50,661 nt of DNA from Vezdaea acicularis (lineage: Eukaryota). Positions 12,733 to 24,791 of the stretch are shown piece after piece. The notes under the pieces were generated by a model. The model was not told where the DNA came from. It was given only the letters and a program-made list of their open reading frames with translations, and did not search any database. The stretch lies in contig JAPEUI010000113.1 in the NCBI GenBank assembly GCA_026025075.1, positions 1 to 50,661 on the forward strand, given 5' to 3'. Within the stretch, counting starts at the first letter, position 1. Each line of letters starts with the position of its first letter. The translations under genes and the position numbers were made by a program.

Positions 12733-13950
12733 TCACTTCCCCTCCTTCCCCGCCGCCAGCCGCGCCTGCCTCTGCTCCCCGATCCACCACCTCACACCCA
12801 GATCAATGCCCTCCTCCAAGCTCCACCTCGGCTGATATCCAAGCCTTCTCACGGCTTTACTGACATCGAAGTAGCGCGTCATGCACGAATACCTGTATTC
12901 GGTGCGGCCGAGCTTAGCTTTTTTGCCGAGGGCCCACATGGCGTATTCCATGAGAGTGGCGAGGGCGAGGCCGGCGGGGCCGGTGATGGTCCATACGGCG
13001 CTTGGATCGCGGGGAGGGGGGGCTAAGGGGATATGGGCTGCGCCGGGGGGGTTGAGAGTGGGGGATTGGAGGAGCGAGTGGGCTTGGGACCAGAGGGCGC
13101 GGGCGAAGTTCCAGAAGGCGACGGGGGAGCCGTTGGTGATGAGGAAGGGTTCGCCGTCGACGCGTTCGGAGTTTAGGGGGCGGGTGGAAAGAGCGGAGGT
13201 GGAGACTAGGGCGGAGGCGGCGAGGAGGTGCGCCCATGCTACGTTGCCAACGTAGGTGAAGTCGAAGAGGTTGGTGTTTTGGCCGATTTGGAAGGCGGTT
13301 TGGCCGCGGGTGTAGGCGCCTAGCATGCCGGGGATGAGCTGGATGTCGCCGTCGCCGAAGATGCCGGCGGGGCGGAGGGCGCAGGTGAGGAAGTTCGCTG
13401 GGGGGTTATTGGCGGCGAGGACGGCGGCTTCGGCGAGGGCTTTGGTGGTGGAGTAGAATTCGCGTTGGGCGGGGGGGAGGATCACCGGGTGCGATTCGGA
13501 GGCGTTGATGAGGGATTGAGAACCCGAGTTGTCGGAGAGGATCGAAGCGCTGGAGGTGTAGATGAAGTGATGGACGCCCTTCTCGCGGCTGACTTCGAGA
13601 AGGAGCTTTGTGCCGTCGACGTTCACGCGCTGGTATAGCGCGTGTGCCTTTTTGACGTCGGCGACGAGGTTCTTCCCGACTAAGACGGGGGATGCGGTGT
13701 GGATTATACAAGAAGGCTTGGCGGCCGCGAAGCACGGCTCGATGGAGGAGCGCGATGTAATGTCGCCGTTGTAGTATTTCACACGCGAATCTGAGGAGCG
13801 GTTGCGGTCGGTGCGTAGGTCGAGGACGGAGAGGGCGCTGAAAGTGTAGATCGTGGACGTGAGGAGCTGGTTTACGATGTGGTGGCCTACGAAGCCGCAG
13901 CCGCCGATAACGAGGACGGACCCGAGGTTTTGGGGAGGGTTCGAGGCCAT
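12733..13950 (-). CDS. ERG26: C-3 sterol dehydrogenase / sterol-4-alpha-carboxylate 3-dehydrogenase (3-beta-HSD family)
   Basis: Rossmann motif VLVIGGCGFVGHHIV, IHTASP, YTSSAS, catalytic YSTTKALAE, ALRPAGIFGDGD, NLFDFTYVGNVAWAH; single exon. Confidence 0.92.
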   Translation of the reverse strand: MASNPPQNLGSVLVIGGCGFVGHHIVNQLLTSTIYTFSALSVLDLRTDRNRSSDSRVKYYNGDITSRSSIEPCFAAAKPSCIIHTASPVLVGKNLVADVKKAHALYQRVNVDGTKLLLEVSREKGVHHFIYTSSASILSDNSGSQSLINASESHPVILPPAQREFYSTTKALAEAAVLAANNPPANFLTCALRPAGIFGDGDIQLIPGMLGAYTRGQTAFQIGQNTNLFDFTYVGNVAWAHLLAASALVSTSALSTRPLNSERVDGEPFLITNGSPVAFWNFARALWSQAHSLLQSPTLNPPGAAHIPLAPPPRDPSAVWTITGPAGLALATLMEYAMWALGKKAKLGRTEYRYSCMTRYFDVSKAVRRLGYQPRWSLEEGIDLGVRWWIGEQRQARLAAGKEGK

Positions 13951-15008
13951 TGCGGAGGAATTGTTCCGAGGGAACTTGTAAGTAGAGGGTTCAAGAGGTC
14001 AATGCAATGGTGCTGTGACGATCACATCGGAACTTTTTCTGGAGGCGGAGGCTCTCTCGGGAGTTTCCAGATCCGTACCTCGCATGATCGCGCGACACGA
14101 AGTTCACGTCATCCTCAACATGAGAATTCCTTTGACCATCCAACAGGCAAGACGTCTAATTGTGAATCTCTCCGGGACTTTATTTCGTACAGCCTCCAAT
14201 TTGCAGGGTGGGCGCAAGGTTTACGGAGAATGCCTCTCGAATTTAAGCGCGGTTCATGCCCTGGGTGTTGCCAGCGGCGCTTAAGCGCAAACCGGAAATA
14301 CCTTCCCCAATTTTCATTGTTGGTCTATGTTTATCCTCACGATGACGAATTTTTGGATTGCATCAAAGTACCCTGCGCAGTGAAATGACCTCAAGGCCCC
14401 TCGGCCATGGACAGCCTTATACGTCGAATACAAATCTGGCGGCCTTTCAAGTTCTGATTAACGTCAGATGGAGGCAGTCTTTCTCGTATGTTGGGCTTTC
14501 CTTCTCGCCTTAGGGACCCCGGCCACCAACATACCGGAGGCCGGAGCATAAAACGCTCCATAATGTAGACCTCTCCCATCCCCTCGGTCCCCGTTATGGC
14601 CGCATCTTCTGTTGGACCCTGGAATAGATATAGTGCGCCCACCACATGCCACAGCGCTCGACTACGTCGTGGCTGGCATTCCGCACCTTCTTTGTTCCTA
14701 CCTCCGCACTCTAGCCCTCTGGTTAGTTTGTTGAAAGGCTGACACTTCTCACGAAGTATGCCCTGCCCACTCTTAATCCGTGTTTTCTCTTCTAGAACTA
14801 CCTCTCCATCGTAGGATTACCCTCCCAAGTAGAAACGCGCTCCAATTCTCGACGCTCAGCGCCGTGCTTGACTCTTCGAAACCCTCGGGAAAGTCGAATC
14901 GCCAATGTAGCAGAGGAACGGTAGACTTCTTTGTCTTCCTGCTACGTCAGATCTAATGCGTTGAGCACGACTGAAATCTAAGCCTCGAAAGAAGTACATA
15001 TACTCGCA

Positions 15009-16318
15009 ATGAAACTTCGGTTTCGGCGTCAGCGGCAGACGTGCAGTGGTTCTGCGTTGTTCTACACATGCTCTACAGGCTTCAGTGGCTGTTGTTCGGT
15101 GGATCCTTGCACGTCATCGGGATGTCCTGATAGCTCAGATGCGGGTTCATCCAGCGCACGACCAGCGTCAAGTACACAGCCGTCATCCGATGTTATATCC
15201 TCAAGTCCTGTGGCATCGAGTTCTTCAACAGCGCCGGAGGTTAGCATTCAGACGTCACCAAATGCATCAACAACAACTTCTCCGCCAGTTCGAACGGGTT
15301 CGACGGCCAGCTCATCATCTTCTTCAGGCCCCACATCCACAGGCAAAACTACCTCTACAGCGACTTCAGCCACCTCGCAAAGTCTCACATCGACACCTCC
15401 TACTACTACCAGCACGTCTGATCCCAGCCTAACTGCAACACCAGGTGTTCAGAAGGCGTCGAATAGTACCGCAGTGATTGCCGGTGCTGTCGTAGGCGCC
15501 ACAATCGGACTTGTCCTCTTAGCGCTCTTATTGATATGCTGGGGCAAAAGGAGGCGCCTGAAAGCGTCATCCCTTCCATCGAGTATCCATGCATTTGAGC
15601 AGACAAGCTCCTTCCCCGAAAAACCCCCATCCCGAGCACATGACCCGAAAGACATCTTTGCAGAGTTCGGAGGTGAGTCTTAGACGGGTTCGATGTTTCA
15701 TCAGGGAACTAACATCGAACAGGATACTTCCACAGATCTGGATCGAGGAAGGCTTCCTACAACGATGGAAAGACAACTGGCTCATCTTCGCGTACATCCC
15801 AAGGTGTCTTTGCAGCTACGAATCTCCAGGTTGATAGCGTCGCCCTTCCATCGGCGTCAGAACTTCCGGGTTCTCCTGTGTTCGAGGCAGATTCAAAGTC
15901 TCTTCCTCATCGTGCAAACACTGAGGCCTCCACATTTTCAATTCCGATCGCACTTGGAAGTCCCTCGACTCCCCCACAAGCTTCGAGTAATGCAGAGGAC
16001 GATAAACCCTCGAACTCCTCATTCGAAGATCCAGTAAGCGCAATTCCTAGCACAGGGCGCAGGTCTCGAAGTGGGCCGCATGTGATGAGCTGGGCAGATT
16101 TTCAGAACCCGCATGCAAGTACCATCAGCCAATCAAGCCTTGCGCCCTCGACTCCGACGGTAATATCGAGCAATCGAAGCTCCGCGCAGATGACCACCTT
16201 CGGGAGCGTTAGCGATTTAGATTCTCCTACCAACCAGTTGCTGCCAAGCACGAAGTTCACGCCGCGGGCGAGGTTTTCTGGAGGAGAGCTGGGCGTCATC
16301 AGTGATGAGAAGAGTTAA
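15009..16318 (+). CDS. Single-pass membrane protein: N-terminal Cys-rich module, Ser/Thr-rich stalk, TM helix, cytoplasmic tail (Mid2/Wsc-like architecture)
   Basis: Exon 15009-15672, intron 15673-15722 (GTGAGT..CTAAC..ACAG) and exon 15723-16318, in frame with ORF 15878-16318. Motif CSGSALFYTCSTGFSGCCSVDPCTSSGC; TM VIAGAVVGATIGLVLLALLLICW followed by KRRR. Confidence 0.78.
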
Positions 16319-17588
16319 TCTGGACTTCGCAACGCCTCTTTGATGCTTTCATGTCACTAACGCTCAAGGATCACGAGTATCTAAAACATGTAACACTAAT
16401 GTACTGTACTGTACTGCGAATGGAGCCTCTGGGGAATAGAGCGCCCACGTCGGCGCTTGAGGCCACTGGTCGGGATAGAGATTTGCCATATACTTTTGTT
16501 CAATCTTTACATTTTACCTTGAGCCAAAACAGCAATCGTTATAGCTTTTTGATCCCCGTCACATGATCCCAACCCGTTTAGGAAGCTGACGAGGTGGTTG
16601 CACGATGACTAAAATAGCCAGCCCAGAGCGGTAAGGGCCGCCAAGCCCTGCCTAGGGCCGCTTCACTGCCACAGCCAAGCCCCTGCCAATTGAAGCTCAG
16701 CCAATAATCTCGACATGCTGCTATCCTCTCGAGTTGGGACGTGAGAATGCTGATCGCATGAGGCTCTATCGCAACAGCTTGAAGGTAGCGTTTTATTGCT
16801 CGTTCATAAGATGCGTCCGGCGTCAATTATATCTTCTCTGTTGAGAAGTCAGAGACAAAAGATGCAGGGTCGCGCCACTCCAAAACTTGGATGTCGGCCG
16901 GGTCTGGCCCCAGAACGTGTGCGGCAAGAGCCTAGAAGGGTGTCGGCCCTGTTGGATCGAGCTCTTCCGACCGAATGGAAAGCTCGTCGGGTGGCCGACC
17001 TCCGTCAAATCCGCGCAATGCTCAATCAGAACAACAGAAGCAATATTGATGGTATCTGCGAGCTATGGCTGAGCTATGTCGGAGACGACATTCAAGCGTT
17101 CCCCGCGCTCTACGCAAGACGCATACGAGTCCAGCGTGGGTTATCGCAACCAAAGAGAGAAAGTCGCCGCGGCCGACAGACAGGGGGTTTGGCCACCTCC
17201 TAACTGGAAACTGCCCCGAGTCGCTAGTGACTCGAATTGCGGGTCTAGCCACATCGTCGACTCGCCTACTGAAATTGCCTGCGCCTGAGCTTGGGTGGGC
17301 GTGGGTGCGTTGCTCAGCCTTGCGTTGGCTATGTTTGTACTTAAACCCCTTCTCAGCCGCTGCATCGTGAAAAAGTGATCTGCTCCCTCACCCACTAGGC
17401 ATACGATATTTGTGCGTGGATCCAAAGCGTCGATAAAACGTCGCTTCATTCCCCTTTCATCACCTTCAGCGAAGGTACTCGGACCGTTCACAATGTAAGG
17501 CCCCTAAACGTTCTGCGCTTGTCCAGCAGCCAGCTGAACTTTTACGCAGTAGCAAACGCGTCGAATCTCCAAAACCTCTCCGCCCAAC

Positions 17589-18366
17589 ATGAATCCTTCA
17601 GGCTCATACCCCAATACCCCCGCTCCTCAATAGTATGTTTGCTGCTGCCCTCTTCCCGTATTCCTAGTGCGCCTCTGATAATGTTTCAGCAATGCCGCGT
17701 ACGAGAAGCCTCCACAAGGGCAACCCGGCTTTCCTCAGCAGACTCACGTAGGAAGCCCACCACCACAGCAAATGGGCGTCCCTCCTTCCCACCAGGGCTC
17801 TCCCCCGCCAATGATGCATCAGGGCAGCTATGGAATGCCTCAGCAACCCATGGGATCCCCAGGGCCGAAGCCAATGATGCAACCCCAGATGCAGCACGTT
17901 GGGTCGAACATGAGCCAGCCTGGCATGCAGCAGCCACAAGCTGCCCCTATGGCTGCTCCGGGGCAGAGGCAATACATGTAGGTTCTCAAATAGAACGCGT
18001 GTTGTGGGCAAGCAGGGACTAATTAGAGAATAGGAACGCTACTCCATTGACCGTCCTCAACCGCGGCGCGGCGCCAGTCGATTGCCCAGCTTGCGGCCAC
18101 CGAGGCTTGACAAGGACGACCTTTGAGACTGGCAACACTACACAGTAAGTCTCAGATGAAGTAGAATTTTGGTCTCGGGACATCATCGCTAACATTTCAC
18201 GATCAGCGTCTGGGCCCTTGTCTGCTGCTGCTTGACCCTTGTCCTGACCCCTCTCCCATATCTGATGAACAGCACCAAGGACGTTGCACATCACTGCGGG
18301 CACTGCGGTGTCCTACTCGCCACCTACCACAAGTCAGGCACCACCGAGGTTCACCAGCACTCTTAA
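17589..18366 (+). CDS. LITAF/SIMPLE-like zinc-ribbon membrane-associated protein (4 exons)
   Basis: Three GT-AG introns (about 17633-17689, 17978-18033, 18145-18206) join a Pro/Gln/Met-rich N-terminus to PVDCPACGHRGLTRT..HVWALVCCCLTLVLTPLPYLMNSTKDVAHHCGHCGVLLATY. This CxxC-hydrophobic-HxCxxC layout is the LITAF signature. Stop TAA at 18364-18366. Confidence 0.88.
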
Positions 18367-18994
18367 ACAATGGTCTAGGCTTGGCGGCTACGAGATTGTA
18401 GGACTGTGATAAAGAAAAGGGAGATTGAGTGGCCGGCAGGCAGAGCGATTCAATGGTCTCCTTATGTATTCTTTTGATTCCGGTAATCGTTTGCTCATTT
18501 GCATCATACGAGCTCGTCCTCGGAGCATTCCTTTTGTGACTTGGGGCGCGGTGGAGAAGGCAGTCCGTTCATGAATCAAAATACCCTAATCTCTATAATA
18601 TGCCCAAGTTCATGTGATCTGCAAGATTATTCTTCGATAGAATAGCCTGTGATTTTGGGGTCGATGCTATATGGTGATGTTACAATGCTCGTTCAAGGGA
18701 TCAACTGTACCCCATGCATCACGACCACGTCAAAGCGCAGGAAGGTGAGCCATTGTGCTCCAGCTGTCACTGCGAAGCTTGTCTATTAGTTTGGCAAAAT
18801 ACTAACACCATTCGGTCCATGAGTACACGTGCAAAGATTGGAGTCAATCCACCAGCCGTTAATACAAGTGTAGAGCGCCAAGATTTCGCCTCGGACCCCA
18901 CCAAATTCTTTTTCACATTCCGAATCGTACATATACCGCCAGATCAGTTTGCACTACCAGAACTTCAAGCGTCATAGCTCCACAGAACAAGAAA

Positions 18995-20878
18995 ATGGCG
19001 CCTATTTCTCTCTCCGAAATAGTCTCCGCTCTACCCTCAGACGAGTCATGGGGTCCAACAACGTCCACGGAGACGACTTTGGACGGCGTGCCGTATGCCC
19101 CATATTCGAAAGGCGACAAGCTAGGGCGGATGGCGGACTGGACTTCTGAGGGAAAGGACGGGAGGGAAAGAGGTGGGAGGCAAAATTATAACCGGAACTA
19201 CAGAGGTAGATGTTCATGCTTGGGGGTTATTGTTTGACATTATGGGAAGCTGATATTTTCTTTCTTAGATCAACAAGTCTATGGTGCTGGCACATCAAGT
19301 CTCTTCGCTGTACAGATCGCAGAAGACGAGTCATCCTTTTCGGTTGTAGACAATACTCGCACATCGACCAAGGGTCGTGGTGGATACGGACGTGGTGGGC
19401 CAGCCATTTTCCGTGGGCGAGGTCAAAGAGGCGCACAGAATACTCGGGGAGGCGGTAGAGGAGGGCAATACACTCGAGTGGGTGGAGGTAGAGGTGGCCA
19501 GCAAGGAGGTGATCGATACTATGATAACAGAGGCGGACGGGGTGGTCGAGGAAGGCGGTTTGGGTGGAAAGACTACGACAAGCCACAGCGAAATCGAGAT
19601 GCTTCAGTCAATATCAAGCCTGATTGGAAGATGCTCGAAGAGATCGATTTCAACCGTCTAGCCAAGCTGAACCTCGACACAGACGACGGAGAGGATCTCG
19701 ATAGCTACGGCTTCCTTTATTATTACGACCGTTCCTACGACAAGCAACCAGTCAAGACTGTAGAACGAAAACTCAATGTCGTCGACCGCGTCGTCTTCAA
19801 TACCACCACCTCTGTCGACCCAGTCATCCAAGAATTAGCTGAGAAAGACGAAGGCACCATCTTTGCTACCGACAGTATCCTCTCGATGCTAATGTGTGCC
19901 CCTCGCTCCGTTTACCCCTGGGATCTCATCATGATCCGCGAAGGGAACAAAGTCTACCTTGACAAGCGCGATAACTCCTCCCTTGACATTGTATCTGTTA
20001 ACGAGAACGCCGCCGACGCTCCCCTTGACGCCTCCGAAGGCAATAAAGACTCGATTAATAATCCCAACGCCCTCGGCCTTGAAGCAACCTTCATCAATCA
20101 GCTCTTCGCCTCGCAAGTCGTCCTCGAATCCGACAGTGCCAAGCTCGAAATGGCCCATGAAAACCCGTTCTATAACGCTGCCGAAGAGGAGGCTCCCCTC
20201 GCTTCCAAAGCGTACAAATATAGACGCTTCGACCTGTCGCTGAATGAAGAAGAACCCGTACACTTGATCGTGCGGACAGAACTGGATGCTGTATTGAAGA
20301 ACGCCATTAACGGCGAGGACCAGTTCCTAACCGTCAAAGCGCTGAATGAGTTCGACCACAAGGCGCAGGGCAGCGGTGGGGCACTCGACTGGCGTACCAA
20401 GCTTACCACTCAGAGAGGTGCTGTCGTAGCAACAGAGATGAAGAATAACTCTTGCAAGCTCGCAAGATGGACGGCTCAGGCCATTCTAGCTAAGGCCGAT
20501 GTCATGAAGCTCGGGTTTGCAGCCTTTTCCTTTCCTCCTTCCTACAGTCTCCCCAATTCTGCCTTAATGGATAATTGCTAACACGCTCTGACCTCCAGTT
20601 TCGTCTCCCGTGCGAATCCAAAGTCCGCAGACCGCCATGTTACGCTTGGCGTCGTGGGGTACAAGCCACGCGAGTTTGCGCTTCAGATGAATTTGAGCTT
20701 GTCGAATGGTTGGGGCATCGTGAGGACGATTGTGGATATGTGTCTGAAGATGCCTGAGGGCAAGTACGTGCTTGTCAAGGACCCGAACAAGCCGCTACTG
20801 AGGCTGTATGAGGTCCCATTGAATACTTTTGAGGAGGAAGACGAAGAGGAGGTGGCTGATGGAGCCGAAGAGGAATAA
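18995..20878 (+). CDS. eIF3d: Eukaryotic translation initiation factor 3 subunit D
   Basis: [24 protein letters not shown]-rich segment, [51 protein letters not shown] and an acidic tail; introns near 19206-19268 and 20515-20598. Confidence 0.95.
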
Positions 20879-22083
20879 GCTGAAGGTATTGGAACTCGTG
20901 GAAATCATGATCGTGATAGCTGTGAAGTTTAAAGGCACTATACGGCTCTAAGAATCATACATTGTCACATCGCAATAGAGTCGGATTTTACATGTCTTCC
21001 AAAGTCCTTCAATCGCGTGCGCCGCTATTTTAAGCAGGCTGCAATGCTCTAGCAACCTGGGCGGGGACTTAGCGGCCGTTAGAGGTCTAGAACGAGTCGA
21101 TGAACAGGGTTGAATCAACCTTCGAATGTACAGCAATGCATCAAGAGACAGCGCCAGTAATCTGCTCTCGCTGCTTATGACGGCATGGAATACAAATTTA
21201 GCTTTGCATGCATTGTGGAAGTTGTTCTATCATGGCTGATTGGCGGGTTAAGTGGGACGACCTCGATCGAAGATCGGGATAATACCAAAGCCATGTCCCG
21301 CCTCAGAAGGGACCGATCGACAGGGTTCTGAGCTTGCATTTTGCTCATTTGGCCGCCCTACGGGCACCCCTCCTCCAATCCAGCCCACAAAACATCATAG
21401 ACCCTTCTTCCTTGAAAGTAATACCAACAAGTCTAATCTTTCTCCTTCCCACGCCTCAAATCTGGTCCTTGACCGATACAAAGGCGACTGAGCTGGCTTG
21501 TTCTTCATCGTCGACGTCTACTTCATAGGATTGACACGGCTACAGTAATGTCACACAAAGCTCTCGCACAAGAGCCCAACTAATCGTCGTGTGCTCGCTC
21601 CACGACGAATTCGCTAAAGATCCAAGCTCGACGCACAGTCCACTGCGGAATCATTGTGCAAACGATATCAAGCATGACAAATTGATTGTCTTTCCACGCA
21701 GGAACGGCGTACGACTTTTCTACGCCTTACGCAGACAGAAGCCCCGTTTCGGCGGTGCGGTGAGAAACAGCTCCAACCGATACGGAAAGTCGTCGTCATT
21801 GCTTCAAAGCTTCCGCCACTCACAACAGTTCAAATTCCCTCAAGGTCAGCACTTTATTCTTCTTCGGCGGGCTGTGCTGCCGCGTTGTACCTCGGATCGT
21901 CGCGAAGCCGAGTTGAAGAACATAGACGCTTTTGAATCGCTCTGAAGGCTGGGCTGGATACGAGGTATGAGCTCTGGATATATAGATCAACTCCTGCATA
22001 GCTTGATGCCCAAGACATTCCGACCTTTTACTGTCAATTGCTTCATTTTAATAGGGTGCCTTTTCCAGCAAATAAAACTAATC

Positions 22084-24116
22084 ATGTTTGAAGGGCAAAT
22101 CAAACAAGAGCCTCTCGGCGACCCTTTTACCTGCTACGACGCCAGTGTCGGGGCACGTTTCGCCCAGCTCTTCACCAATAGCGACATGGCGACAATATCG
22201 CCAGCAGAGTCGGCAGCAGGCGGGCGTCATCACGGTACCGCCCAAGACGCTGAAGCCTTCGGTAAGTCAAACTTCATCATGAGTGGTTCGTCTTGTTTTT
22301 GCTTCTTCCCTACGGACACCTTGCCGAAGCAGAGAGCCTTCAAGTTCGTCTGATGTCGTATCGAATCCCACACGATGCAATGAAGTCGTCTGATCATGCA
22401 TCTTAATCTTCTACTTTTATTTTAACTACAACATTTTGCATTTAAGGCTGCATCACACAATGATTCGTCTAAAGGTCCTTCCCACATGTATTTCTTTGAA
22501 AATATGCCTTGGGGCCGTGTTTCATCCTCCACTGCTTGGTCTTGTTTTACGTTTGTAGTGCGGCGTAAGCACTGGTCTGCAGGAGATTAGTGGAATCTGT
22601 GCGTAGTGGTGCCTCCGCTTACGTTCCACATTACCCCGCTGAGACCATTCATATACTTCGTTGGACGCACGTAACTGGCCCGAGTTGCTATTATCAGCTT
22701 GTTTATATCAGAATGTCTCAATCTCAAAGGAAACGATTTGCATTTCGCGACTTCACTCTCCGTATGGTTGAGCCTTCCGGCAGTACTCGGTGTTATCCGT
22801 GCTCTTTCTGGATGGTAGGCTGATTTGCTTCTGACTGGTAGGCGATGATTCCGAAAGCCCCTTACTGAATCTGGGATTTTTGAAAAATTTAACAGAGAAA
22901 AAGACTACAAGAGGTATGGAACTGTGGCATTGGCTTTCCTAATGGTTTTCTGACTTTAACTGTAGATGGACAACCGCCAAAGAGGAGAGGCCCTAAACCA
23001 GATAGTAAACCAGCTCTGACAAGACGACAAGAATTGAATCGGCAAGCGCAAAGGTAAGCGCGGCAGAGCTTACGCAAGCCAACATTCTATAGGGCTAATC
23101 TCTGTCGTAGAACCCATCGAGAGAGGAAAGAGCTTTATATAAAGGCGCTCGAACAAGAGGTCCGTCGTCTTAAGGAAACTTATATGAATGTAACACACGA
23201 GAGAGATGCGGTCCGAGAGGAGAATCGACGCTTGAAGGAGTTACTTCAGCAACACGGAATCCCTTTCCAAGGTCTCCCTAGTAGTGATACTAGTGGTAGG
23301 GCAGATCAGTCCTGGGATTTTATAAGCTCAAGCGGAAGTATCTCAGGCAGCTACAACACTCCAGGCACGGGCTCTCAACGCTATAGTCCCGCCCCTGGGC
23401 CTGGCAATTACGTGAATCCTGCTCCAAATCAACAGCCTGGCGCAGTGTATCAACAGCAAGGAACAGATTATGACCAGACGGGGATAGATTTCGTTCTAAC
23501 GTACGACCGCACGCCATATCTTTCACCTCCTCGCGAACCAAATATATAGTTCCTGTCGTTTCTGACGTTTGCCTTTTTTTGCCACGCAGGCTCGAGCGAC
23601 CCTGTATGGACCACATGCAATTTCTACTTGTGCGAGCACAAGACAGCGAAGGCGACATCAGCGGCCATGCCCTCATGGCATCCGCTCCGCCAGAAAGTCA
23701 TATAATCGAACACCCCGATCAAGCTTATATGAAGAAACCACATGACTTTCAACCACCCGACCTTATGAATCTCCTCGATTTAAGCCGTCGCCTAAATTTC
23801 GACGGAGAAATCACGCCGGTCATGGCCTGGGGAATGCTGTTAGAGCACCCTCGGTTTAGAGAGTTGACAGCGGCGGATTTTGACAAGTTAAAAGAAGACT
23901 TGTTAGCAAAAGTGAGATGTTATGGGTAAGTCACTATTTCCGTTGCTAACCCAAAGCTTGATCCCGGTTGCTCTTTGGGCGGCTCTCACGTCTCCGTCTG
24001 TGCCTATACTAACGTATACGGCTAGATTTGGAGCTTGTCTCGAGGAATTTGAAGTTCGGGACGCTCTTCAAAGCGTGTTCATGAACAAGGGCGAGACATT
24101 TGGCAGCTTCAACTAA
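22084..24116 (+). CDS. meaB: bZIP transcription factor, probably MeaB-like (multi-exon)
   Basis: Exon 22084-22261, long intron 22262-22841, then spliced LGFLKNLTEKKTTRDGQPPKRRGPKPDSKPALTRRQELNRQAQRTHRERKELYIKALEQEVRRLKE (basic region plus zipper). C-terminal block RLNFDGEITPVMAW..VRCYGFGACLEEFEVRDAL. The bZIP call is firm; the meaB name is from memory of the family. Confidence 0.75.
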
Positions 24117-24791
24117 GAGTCGTCAAATAGAAAATCTAAGTCGTTACCATGTATTCTACGATTGCGCCGGAATGGCAGACTGTCAAGTGCTTGTACGCAA
24201 AGAAAGATCCTGTGGAGATTCAATGGGGCAGTAAGAGAAGCCTTGTTCCGATATCTTATCACGATTGTACCAGGATTTAAAGCTATGTACTGCGCCTCTA
24301 GTGGCGCGCTAGGGAGCACCGTAACGTTGTGTTTGTGCAGATTTTTGGTTTCGACGTCCTCGCTTTCTTAGCTTCCTAACTGCGCCCAAATACACCAGCG
24401 CACGAGGAGCGCTTGGATCAGTGTATTGAGATACAAGATAGCGAATTTCATGTCATGGCCGATGAGTTATTTTCTCGCTCTGTCGGCAACGCTGGTGCGG
24501 AAACTCCAAGTTTGGCGTTTGCGGCATTTCTTCTAGAAGAGATTCTCAAACACGCCTGTGTCACGGTGTGCACCGCCGCAACATGCACATTGCAGACTCA
24601 TAAAGACGATGTGACCACAGCACGGCCTTCTAAGATGGTCGGATCGCCACTACATCATACGTACAAGTCGCTCGTTATCGAAGACGTCGCTCTCTTCTAT
24701 CTCCTCTGCTTACACCCTGGTTGAGCACCTCACGTTACTCCGTCAGTCCCTTCCGTTATCAAGTCTTGAATCACAAGACCAAGCAGTCATC

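Noticed and set aside
13960..14500. Possible sterol-regulatory (Upc2/SREBP) sites upstream of ERG26
   Set aside because: Only partial TCGTA-like matches, as expected by chance.
16578..17491. Several 60-135 aa ORFs between the TM protein and LITAF genes
   Set aside because: No recognisable motifs, codon bias or coherent splice model; treated as intergenic.
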